The notes under the pieces are model-generated. The model ran no database searches, was not told the DNA's origin, and saw only the letters and a list, made by a program, of their open reading frames with translations. Position numbers and translations under genes: made by a program. DNA of 64,000 nucleotides from Planctomycetaceae bacterium UBA2671 (GTDB lineage: Bacteria > Planctomycetota > Planctomycetia > Planctomycetales > Planctomycetaceae), in the NCBI GenBank assembly GCA_002359185.1, contig DEML01000116.1:20362-84361 (forward strand). Direction: 5' to 3'. The first letter of the stretch is position 1. Each line of letters begins with the position of its first letter. Shown one piece after another: positions 10,783 to 19,000 of this stretch.

Positions 10783-10827
10783 ACTACCTTTCCAAGAAAT
10801 TTATGAATGTTTGGTAAAACTTCGGGA

Positions 10828-11319
10828 TTACTCTTTGGATGCAAAACCTGCTTCAATACAGAAGCTACCCATATCAGATTCAAATGACAGGCAGATCGGT
10901 GTGACGCCGGTTGGATAGTGAACTTCGTGTCCTTTCCCCGAGATCAGGTTGGGGATACTGATACTCAGTGAATATGATTCCAGTTTTGCTTTAGCCGCTC
11001 CTGCGATCATGTTGGTGATTTCTCCAATGGCATCCATCACTTCTCGATCAATTTCCACCGCTTTTGTTCCGAGCATGGATTCATAAATATTCAGTGCTGT
11101 CTGTTTCTTCACACTTAAAACAATCGTGCCACTGGCATTCCCCGTGATCCCGATCACGGCACTCAATTCATTCTCCGGGCTATTCTTAGTCTTTAATGAC
11201 AATCCACTTCGAACCGGAGTGCAGTCGAGCATCATTTCAAAGACATCTCTGGTCGATGAGAGAAGTGGATTGATAATTTTGGCGGTGAGTTCAGATGTAT
11301 GTTTGGTGGCAGTGCTCAT
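10828..11319 (-). CDS. cheX: CheX-type CheY-P phosphatase (CheC/CheX/FliY family)
   Basis: ORF 10828..11373; the likely start is the ATG at 11319 (MSTATKHTSEL). It has a single D-x3-E-x2-N phosphatase motif (MDAIGEITNMIAG) and is the first gene of the minus-strand che operon. Confidence 0.8.
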   Translation of the reverse strand: MSTATKHTSELTAKIINPLLSSTRDVFEMMLDCTPVRSGLSLKTKNSPENELSAVIGITGNASGTIVLSVKKQTALNIYESMLGTKAVEIDREVMDAIGEITNMIAGAAKAKLESYSLSISIPNLISGKGHEVHYPTGVTPICLSFESDMGSFCIEAGFASKE

Positions 11320-11505
11320 GTCGATTTCCCAAATGACCAGTCGAATAATTGAAATGTTGATTTTCGGCAACATCTCAAAATTAGTTCACAAAATGCATCA
11401 ATTTGAAAATTAAGGGAAATACCTTACGTGTTGTTACAAATGCTGGAACAATGGGACGTTTGTAGCAATTATGCTTTTCATTCCGGTTGCGAATTGAATC
11501 CAATG
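11100..11505. repeat. Inverted-repeat copy A: cheX 5' coding blocks (11100-11195 and 11300-11319) plus about 185 bp of upstream/promoter region (11320-11505)
   Basis: The reverse complement aligns by eye at roughly 85% identity with 13889..14180. Shared strings include gtaaggtatttcccttaatt, gttgccgaaaatcaacatttcaattattcgactg and catttgggaaatcgacatgagc. Confidence 0.75.
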
Positions 11506-12249
11506 ATCGAATATAGAGCTGGCGAGAGGTATTTCATGAAATCGCTTCACAGGCTCAGTGAGAATCAGGCCTGTCGCAATATTTCACTTTATCTATGGAC
11601 TCTGAATGTCGTGACAGACCGGGCGGGTGAGCTGGATTTGTGGCGGGAGAGTTACCGGTCGAGCAAGGCTCAAATGAGAAGACCGCAATGCTGAAGTTGA
11701 TTGAACTGCTGGATCTGTCGGGAGCCGTTGTAACCGTCGACGCGGCTCATATAAATAAGTCGATCGCCAGATGGCTCCGAGGGAAAGGGGCCGATGATGC
11801 GATGACCGTCCGGTTTTCTTTGCGAACTTGAGGTACGACAAGGCCAGCCGAAGCTGTAAGAGATCATCAATCAGAAATTCGATGAGCTTTCAGAGAACCA
11901 CTTACAGCATCACAAAGTTAGACGTCATACGACACGTGAATTAAACGGAGGGCGGGGGGAATACCGACGCTATACCGTCTTTCCTGCTCCGACCGAAGTG
12001 AAGCAACTCGGATCCGTAAGGGCGAATGCAGCAATCTTCCGTAGATTAGACCATTTTCAAATGGATACTGCAGTCGCCTGGACGCGAAATGTCCTAAAAC
12101 GCTGTGTTTGCTCCTGCCGAAGGCTGCAGGTAATTTTTGAATATGCTCTAGCGCCGACAATCCTGAAACATTACACAGACGAAAAGCTCAGCATGCGAGC
12201 CATGCGACTGACCGCAAGTTGGAATTCGAAGAACTTTTGCGATATTTAA
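11506..12249 (+). pseudogene. Decayed, 5'-truncated and frameshifted ISAs1-family (H-repeat-like) transposase
   Basis: Fragments in different frames match the conserved ISAs1 core. VEQGSNEKTAMLKLIELLDLSGAVVTVDAAHINKSIARWLRGKGADD corresponds to D-E-K-S-N-E-I-T-A...T-I-D-A-M-G-C-Q. HFQMDTAVAWTRNV corresponds to HW-IEN-LHW-LDV, and the tail is MRAMRLTASWNSKNFCDI. Stops and frameshifts lie between the pieces, and the N-terminal third is missing. Confidence 0.7.
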
Positions 12250-12579
12250 CAGGAGATCAGGCATAATCTCATGCAATTGACCTGGATGCGGGCTGAAGTG
12301 CGTTACTGAAGAGTTGCCGGCTATGAAGACAGGTTATAATTCATGCTTGGCAATGCGCTCGTCCTGTTGAGCAATTCAAGCAGGCTGTTCAGCAAGAGTT
12401 CGATCTTACTTCTCAATATAAACCAATAGCAAACAGATGCCGCCTGATTGTCCTCAGACTATCGGGACGACCAACTTTGAAGAGTTATAATCAGTTTCTT
12501 TACCATACAGGTCAGATGCTTTAATCGTTTCCGCCTGCAGGTTAAACCTCCGTCAGAGGGATAATCGGTGGCAGTCAAA

Positions 12580-13620
12580 TCACTCAGGAATTAATTGCAA
12601 ATTTGAGATCTGATTATTTTCGGATATTATCTTAGACACTTTAAGATCTGTATCCGCAAGATTAAGGGGGTTGGCCTGGGAATCAATTCTGACGATTGGA
12701 CTAGAGACATCACAACTGGCTTGAACTGATTCTGCAATTCTCCCATCAGTTAAGACAACTTGAACCCCTTTCGGATACAGCCCTACGACATTTAGCAGGG
12801 CATTGACAGATCGCATTTCGACTTTTTGTTCTTTTGCCATTTTAAGTAAATAGACAATAGCAACATGACGATTCACAGATTTTCTATAAGGTCTCTCGGA
12901 TATTAGTGACGTATAAATATCAGCAACTTTAATCACTCGTGCAATGGGATTAATATTCTTTTCAACAAGTCTTCTTGGATAACCTGAGCCATCTGATAGT
13001 TCATAAATCTGTTGAGATAACCCCGGAATTTTAGGGTTCAATCCCATGAGAGAATTTAATAGTTCTGACAGATGAAGTGGCATTCGTAAAAGTGATACTT
13101 TTTCAAGCATATTTAATAAACGAGGTTGATTAATCAATTCCTGATCCAGTAATACTATACCCAATTTTGAGAAGAGACCAACAATTCCAGTTATCTTGAT
13201 ATCCTCTTTACTGAAACCAAGGATTTTCGCAATCGATATCGCCATGATGCTGTTTTGAACAGCTTCGTTTGTCAATTGCTTGTCTTTTGCGTATTCGTTT
13301 AAAGTACGAATTGCTTGAGATCCTTCGACGTTAAGAATCTCAAAGTATTTTACTAGAAGCCTGATGATTGAAACGCTGTTTAGTTTCCCCGATTCTACGT
13401 AGTCAATCATTTTACGGGAAATATTCAGACTGAAATCTCCCAGGCTGGCTGCATATTGATGACGATATTCGGGGTCAAGCATTTTCCGCCCAAGCCTAAG
13501 CATCAAATCCTTCAGCTTGGTCAAATCACTTTCCAGCAATCCTTCACTGAGTATTGATTTTAACGAGTCAAAAGAAGAATCTGATATTCCGTAAGAGTTC
13601 ATACAGGACTTCTCAATCAA
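12580..13620 (-). CDS. HD-GYP-family protein with degenerate metal-binding motifs (GYP kept; HD and HHE lost)
   Basis: 346-aa ORF. It keeps YELSDGSGYPRRL...ARVIKVADIYTSLISERPYRKS. The position of LHDIGK reads LFSKLG, and HHE before DGSGYP reads IYE. The gene is markedly AT-rich: 27-33% G+C in the 60-nt lines I counted. Confidence 0.75.
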   Translation of the reverse strand: MIEKSCMNSYGISDSSFDSLKSILSEGLLESDLTKLKDLMLRLGRKMLDPEYRHQYAASLGDFSLNISRKMIDYVESGKLNSVSIIRLLVKYFEILNVEGSQAIRTLNEYAKDKQLTNEAVQNSIMAISIAKILGFSKEDIKITGIVGLFSKLGIVLLDQELINQPRLLNMLEKVSLLRMPLHLSELLNSLMGLNPKIPGLSQQIYELSDGSGYPRRLVEKNINPIARVIKVADIYTSLISERPYRKSVNRHVAIVYLLKMAKEQKVEMRSVNALLNVVGLYPKGVQVVLTDGRIAESVQASCDVSSPIVRIDSQANPLNLADTDLKVSKIISENNQISNLQLIPE

Positions 13621-13888
13621 TGTACCTATGAGGTTTATATTTATTCTATCACTATGTTGTTTTTATAGTTGCTTACAAAATAAACAGAAGCCTCGTCATT
13701 ATGAGGTATTTACCTTAATGCCCTTTACTTGACGTCTGAAATCAGAGTAGTTGTTAAAACTGATACGATCGGAAGATGTACAAGGTTCGTTGAATATTTA
13801 AACCGTCCCGAAAGAAACACCAGCAAAAATTTACGTACGAAATATTCATGCCAATAATCCGTGCACTTCAAAGCTCAATACACCTTCG

Positions 13889-14180
13889 CCTCAATTCGTA
13901 ACCGGAATTGAAAGCATAATTGCTACAAAGCGTCCCGTTATGCCGGCATTTGTACCAATGCGTAAGGTATTTCCCTTAATTCACCAAATGATGCAGAATA
14001 TGAACTAATTTTGCGATGTTGCCGAAAATCAACATTTCAATTATTCGACTGACCATTTGGGAAATCGACATGAGCCCTGCCTCCGTAAATAGCCCGGATA
14101 AAGAGTTCAGTGCTGTGATCGGGATCACGGGGAATGCCAGCGGCACGATTGTTTTAATAGCCCGTTGAAGAAATAACCAG
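13889..14180. repeat. Inverted-repeat copy B of the cheX upstream region and 5' end
   Basis: See copy A. This copy is oriented toward the + strand, upstream of the GGDEF-EAL/HDOD genes. Confidence 0.75.
14070..14168 (+). pseudogene. Truncated cheX paralogue fragment (32 codons) inside repeat copy B
   Basis: My translation is MSPASVNSPDKEFSAVIGITGNASGTIVLIAR*. Full cheX reads MSTATKH...(about 42 codons absent)...NSPENELSAVIGITGNASGTIVLSVKK. The fragment therefore has an in-frame internal deletion followed by a stop. Confidence 0.6.
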
Positions 14181-14469
14181 GGCTTCGGCATTCTGAATTT
14201 CTGTTGGCTGAAGCCGATAGGTTCAGTCCGTAGCCGATATACTCTGGTGAAATTATCCAAAAGGGAAGAACCTAAAGGTTTCGCCTGTAGGCGAGTGTTT
14301 TTGACCCATCGTTTGGAAAATAAAGCACGAAAAAGAAGTGCGTTACAGCTATTCGAAGCTCAGTTCCAAGCCCTGAAAAGGTACTGGTCGGTTGACAAAT
14401 ACGTGTCCGGATTTGGGTTGTTCGATTATTAAATCAAAATAGACAAACATATGGAAAAGTTAGACCATC

Positions 14470-16962
14470 ATGGAGTCAAATAATAACATTGACATCACGC
14501 CGACGTCTCACAGGATAGCGGCGTTGTTGAGGCAAAATCAATTTGTAAATAACTTTGCAGTCGACCGGTTATTTGTAGGTCTGATGGTGGTGCAGTGGGT
14601 GACAGCAATAGCGGCAGCCATATTCATATCGCCCAAGACATGGATCGGTACAACATCCGCAACATACCTGCATGTCTGGACTGTTATGCTCCTGGGGGGA
14701 GCGATCAGCAGTCTCCCTGTTTTCCTGAGGCTAAAATACCCCGGTCAGACGTTTACACGGTACGTTATCGCTGTGGCTCAAGTGCTGTGGTCTTTGCTGT
14801 TGATTTATCTCACCGGTGGACGCATCGAGACATATTTCCACATTTTCGTGTCGTTGGCGTTTTTATCATTCTATCGGGAATGGCGGCTCCTGGTCTTCTC
14901 GGCCATTCTCTTGACTGTCAATCAGCTGATACTCGGTGTTTTGTGGCCGCATTCCGTATATGGCGTCTTTATTGAAAGTCCGCTCCGCTGGTTTGAACAC
15001 ACAATCTGGGTCATATTTGAAGTTATGATTCTGGGGATCTGCTGTCGCCGCAGTCAGGCTGAAATGCGAATCAACGCTGAGTACCAGGAACATCTTGCAA
15101 GAACGAACCGTCACATTGAGCAGCAGGTTCAGGAACGCACGCGTGAACTGAACTTAAATCAGCAGAAGCTCAGCACTACCCAGGCTCGTTTACAGGCAAT
15201 GCTTGATTCGACACTAGATCCGATGATCACCATCAACTGCCGGGGTATCGTCCAAACTGCCAGCAATTCGGTTGAAACGGTTTTTGGCTGGAAACCAGAC
15301 GAACTGATCGGACAGAATATCAAAGTCTTAATGCCCGAGCCGTACCGTTCCAATCACGATGGATACCTTGCCCGCTACCAACAAACCGGCAAGTCCGAAC
15401 TCCTGGGACAACCACGAGAATTGCATGCCATGCATCGTGACGGAACAGTATTCCACTGTCTGTTGTCGCTTTGGAAGGTCGACATTCCGGATCAGTCCGA
15501 ACCGCTTTTTATGGGAATTCTTCGTAATATTACTGAAGAGAAGCGTTTGATGACTCAACTGCATGAGAATGCGTATCACGATGTGTTGACTGGACTGCCC
15601 AACCGATTATCTATTCTAGACTCCATCCAGGGCGCGATTGATCGAAACAATGGAGATCACTTTGCTCTACTGTTTTTGGATTTTGACGGATTTAAGCTAA
15701 TCAACGACAGTCTTGGACATGAGGTCGGAGATGAATTGCTGAAAGCGATCGCAACCCGATTGAGATGCGATTTGCGAAAAACAGACAAAGTTCAAGCAGC
15801 CCGACTGGGTGGGGATGAATTCGTTGTTCTACTCACGGGGCTGTTCTCCCCAAGTGATGCAATCATCGTGACAGAGCGGCTTCTAAAAGTTCTATCCGAA
15901 AGCTATAAACTGGGAACTCATACAATCTATTCATCGGCCAGCATTGGTATTGCCAGTGGCGAGGATCGATTTGAAAAGGCTTCTGACATGCTCCGCGCCG
16001 CCGATATGGCGATGTATGAGGCCAAGGCAGCGGGAAAGGCATGTTATGTGGTCTTCGATCACACCCTGCGTAGCAAAGCCAATTCTCGGCTTCAAATCGA
16101 AAATGGATTACGCCAGGCAATAGAAATGGACGAACTTGTTCTCGCCTATCAACCAATCATCTCACTTGAAACCGGCCGTCTGTCTGGGGTGGAGGCACTC
16201 TTGCGATGGGTGCACCCTGAACTTGGCAATGTCTACTCGGATAAATTCATCTCCATCGCCGAAGAGACAGGGATGATCGTTCCCATTGGCCGTTGGGTCA
16301 TCGATGAAGCATGCCGACAGTTCGCAGACTGGCAACATTCCCAGTCAGTCGCAACCCGGCCATTGTGTGTTCACGTGAATGTGTCACGTAAGCAACTGTT
16401 ATCTTCAGATTTCGTTCGGACAGTTGAACAATCACTCGCCAGACATGCCATTCCATCGGGATGCCTTCATCTGGAGGTGACCGAGAGTGTGATTATGGAG
16501 GATCCAGCAGCCACGATTGCAGTCCTGAATCAACTTAAACAACTGGGAGTGAAGATCGACATCGACGATTTTGGTACCGGATACTCGTCATTGTCATGTC
16601 TTCAGGATTTCCCGATTGATGTTTTAAAAATTGATCGGACGTTTGTCGCGAATATCGGAAGAGTCAACAACTTTGCAGCGTTGTTGCAAGCAATTCTGGT
16701 ATTGGCAGACAACCTTAATTTGCAAGTAGTGGCTGAAGGGATCGAAGACGCCGATCAACTCGCCTTGCTTCAGGCATTAGGTTGCGAATACGGACAAGGC
16801 TACTTCTTTGCCAAGCCGATGCCTCCCAATGAAATCCCGGTCTTCGCATCCTCGCGACTTAAGAAAACTATTCGCAAATTCGAAGCGTTGCCAAGAAGCT
16901 TATCTATGACGATCCCCGCTAAAAATGTCAACCAGCCCCACAAGTGCGAGGTGGAAGTATGA
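14470..16962 (+). CDS. Membrane-anchored PAS-GGDEF-EAL protein (c-di-GMP synthase/phosphodiesterase)
   Basis: 830-aa ORF. About six N-terminal TM helices are followed by a coiled-coil and a PAS domain (DPMITINCRGIVQTASNS). GGDEF is intact (RLGGDEFVVLL). EAL is intact (GVEALLRW, DDFGTGYSSL, EGIED, QGYFFAKP). Confidence 0.9.
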   Translation: MESNNNIDITPTSHRIAALLRQNQFVNNFAVDRLFVGLMVVQWVTAIAAAIFISPKTWIGTTSATYLHVWTVMLLGGAISSLPVFLRLKYPGQTFTRYVIAVAQVLWSLLLIYLTGGRIETYFHIFVSLAFLSFYREWRLLVFSAILLTVNQLILGVLWPHSVYGVFIESPLRWFEHTIWVIFEVMILGICCRRSQAEMRINAEYQEHLARTNRHIEQQVQERTRELNLNQQKLSTTQARLQAMLDSTLDPMITINCRGIVQTASNSVETVFGWKPDELIGQNIKVLMPEPYRSNHDGYLARYQQTGKSELLGQPRELHAMHRDGTVFHCLLSLWKVDIPDQSEPLFMGILRNITEEKRLMTQLHENAYHDVLTGLPNRLSILDSIQGAIDRNNGDHFALLFLDFDGFKLINDSLGHEVGDELLKAIATRLRCDLRKTDKVQAARLGGDEFVVLLTGLFSPSDAIIVTERLLKVLSESYKLGTHTIYSSASIGIASGEDRFEKASDMLRAADMAMYEAKAAGKACYVVFDHTLRSKANSRLQIENGLRQAIEMDELVLAYQPIISLETGRLSGVEALLRWVHPELGNVYSDKFISIAEETGMIVPIGRWVIDEACRQFADWQHSQSVATRPLCVHVNVSRKQLLSSDFVRTVEQSLARHAIPSGCLHLEVTESVIMEDPAATIAVLNQLKQLGVKIDIDDFGTGYSSLSCLQDFPIDVLKIDRTFVANIGRVNNFAALLQAILVLADNLNLQVVAEGIEDADQLALLQALGCEYGQGYFFAKPMPPNEIPVFASSRLKKTIRKFEALPRSLSMTIPAKNVNQPHKCEVEV

Positions 16963-17852
16963 CTCAATCCGAACTCCCGGACGTTGTTGAATGGAGTGTG
17001 CCGCCAATCGTTGTGACTAGCCTCGATAAAATCCGGCACATCGCGACTCTACCTGCTGTGGCACAGAAGATTATGTCACTAGCCAACGACGTTAACGCCA
17101 CAGCACAGGATATCAATAAGATCATGACAGCTGATCCCGCATTGTGCGCACGGATCCTGAAGGTTGTTAATTCCACATTCTATGGTTTACCACAGCAGAT
17201 CTCATCAATCGATCGCGCCGTCCTGTTGCTTGGATTCAATGCTGTCAAGAACATCGCAATCGCTGCAAGTCTCGACAAGCTGTTTCGAACATCGAAAATT
17301 GGTCCTCATTTCGACGCTCGCGACCTTTGGTTGCATTCCATCGCGGTCGCGACATGCGCACGCGCTCTTGCGAAAGAGACGCGACTTGCCTTGATCGATG
17401 AGGCATTCCTGGCGGGATTGATTCACGACATCGGAATCATGATCGAGATGCAAGCATGTCATGATAAATTCGTTGAAATGACTGAGGTACTCGCCAGTGA
17501 ACCAAGCCTGACATTTCGTCAAGCTGAAAAACGTGTTCTGGAAGAGACACATGAATCGTTCGGTGCAGCACTCTGCAGAAATTGGCAATTTCCTCTGAAG
17601 CTCGAGAACGTTGTCAGATTTCATCACCAACCGATGTTGCTTTCGGAAGCGGATCGCGTACTGCCGGCAATCATTCATGTTGCGGATATTCTGGCCGCTC
17701 GCACAGGAATCGGATATACACGCACCGTAGAAACCGACCAGGTTGACCCGCAGATACTCAACGCACTCGGTCTGTGCGAAGAGGACATCGAAGCTGTTGC
17801 AGATTCCCTCCCTGACGAAATCCTGGAAACGAAACAACTCTTCAATATGTAG
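16959..17852 (+). CDS. HDOD-domain signalling protein
   Basis: The ATG at 16959 overlaps the upstream stop (ATGA). HDOD-like pattern: LPAVAQKIMSLANDVNATAQDINKIMTADPALCARILKVVNSTFYG...GLIHDIGIMIE. Confidence 0.85.
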   Translation: MTQSELPDVVEWSVPPIVVTSLDKIRHIATLPAVAQKIMSLANDVNATAQDINKIMTADPALCARILKVVNSTFYGLPQQISSIDRAVLLLGFNAVKNIAIAASLDKLFRTSKIGPHFDARDLWLHSIAVATCARALAKETRLALIDEAFLAGLIHDIGIMIEMQACHDKFVEMTEVLASEPSLTFRQAEKRVLEETHESFGAALCRNWQFPLKLENVVRFHHQPMLLSEADRVLPAIIHVADILAARTGIGYTRTVETDQVDPQILNALGLCEEDIEAVADSLPDEILETKQLFNM

Positions 17853-18040
17853 AACCAGCCGCAAGGAACAAGACGTGTACGGGACATGTCGGCATGTGTG
17901 AACAGTTACACGCCGAATTGAAATGAAGTTGGGCCAAATGATTAGTTGTTGAAGTTGAAAGCGACCGATAAAACACGGAAAGAGCAGAGGCGTCTGCTTA
18001 CTTTGATAATTCGTGACGCATTTACGAGACTGCCGATGGG

Positions 18041-18634
18041 ATGGAATCAATGAAAATCACAGCAACTTATCATGCGAGAGATTCGCAGCTAATACGCGCT
18101 ACTGCCCGGAAATATCAATCAGTGCACCCACCTTGTGGAGAATTGACTGAATTAAACTCTAATTCAAGCCCACCAAAACAAAACGGTGACTTGCTCGCAT
18201 TTCAGTCACCGCAGAGAACCGTTGCAGATGATAAGTTTGAAGTATTGATTTCCGAGACAGTTTCAGTCTGGAGACGGGTTCTGTATCTGTTTTTGGCTGC
18301 GTTTTTTTTTGCCTTGGCAACTGCAGGTGTGATCCTTCCAGTGCTACCAACGACGCCATTTCTACTGCTAACAAGTTACTTTCTGGTTCGTTCTTATCCC
18401 AGACTTAATGAGAAGTTGCTGAAGTTAACTCTGTTTGGCTCGATTCTTGTCGACTGGCAGGTCAATGGAGGCGTTCGACGTGATGTGAAAACCAAGGCTG
18501 TATCAATCGTGATAATCGCCATTGGCTTTTCGATCTACATCACTGCCTTCTCACGCAGACTATCGCTGATCATTGCAGCGGTCGCATCTCTTGGCATCGT
18601 TGTGATTGTCAATTTGCCGGAGCCCCGTGATTGA
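18041..18634 (+). CDS. YbaN/DUF454-family inner-membrane protein with an N-terminal extension
   Basis: 197-aa ORF containing LPVLPTTPFLLLTSYFLVRSYPRLNEKLL plus two further TM helices. The start codon is uncertain. Confidence 0.65.
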   Translation: MESMKITATYHARDSQLIRATARKYQSVHPPCGELTELNSNSSPPKQNGDLLAFQSPQRTVADDKFEVLISETVSVWRRVLYLFLAAFFFALATAGVILPVLPTTPFLLLTSYFLVRSYPRLNEKLLKLTLFGSILVDWQVNGGVRRDVKTKAVSIVIIAIGFSIYITAFSRRLSLIIAAVASLGIVVIVNLPEPRD

Positions 18635-18866
18635 TCAGTGCACTACATGCGGTGATTATGTCACGCTGAAATGCACTTTGCCTGTGCGAACAGACTACTA
18701 ATCGCTGATTGGGGTCTCTATTACCGCGTCTCCGAGACATACGTTCGTCAGTCAATGTGATCATGGATCGATCAAAGTCTATGTCTGACCAACGCAGGTT
18801 TGCCAGTTCACGATAGCCGTTTCGGTGAATGTGTCGCGGGTGATTGAATGGAAATACAGGGCTCAA
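18609..18866 (-). pseudogene. Internal fragment of a tyrosine recombinase/phage integrase
   Basis: 85-codon ORF with a TTG start, containing YRELANLRWSDIDFDRSMITLTDE (compare the integrase consensus G-x-R-x-s-E-l-x-x-L-r-W-s-D-i-D). There is no N-terminal SAM-like domain and no catalytic C-terminal domain. It overlaps the end of the YbaN-like gene. Confidence 0.55.
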
Positions 18867-18921
18867 ACCATCAAAAAGCCGCTACGGCAATCTGCAAACT
18901 GCAGTAAATAAGAGTGAAGCC
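18813..18921. repeat. Direct-repeat copy 1 (~100 bp), overlapping the 5' part of the integrase fragment
   Basis: Aligns with 61350..61455 in the same orientation. The core is a perfect 23-mer tcaaaccatcaaaaagccgctac (18863..18885 versus 61400..61422). Flanking similarity includes gaatgtgt[c/a]gcgggtgattga. Confidence 0.7.
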
Positions 18922-19000
18922 CGGCTTACTAAGTTCGCTGTTGGGAATTCTGTCGTCGTATTATACCGACTTGTTGGTACGAGACGCTGATACCTGGCAC

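Noticed and set aside
14281-14302. Hairpin tcgcc-tgta-ggcga followed by a T5 run, between the cheX stub and the GGDEF-EAL gene
   Set aside because: The stem is only 5 bp, so I did not call it a terminator feature. I kept it as a caveat in the inverted-duplication finding.
17205-18050. 281-aa ORF on the - strand
   Set aside because: It lies antisense to the HDOD gene, whose frame carries clear family motifs. I found no recognisable domain, so I treat it as a shadow ORF.
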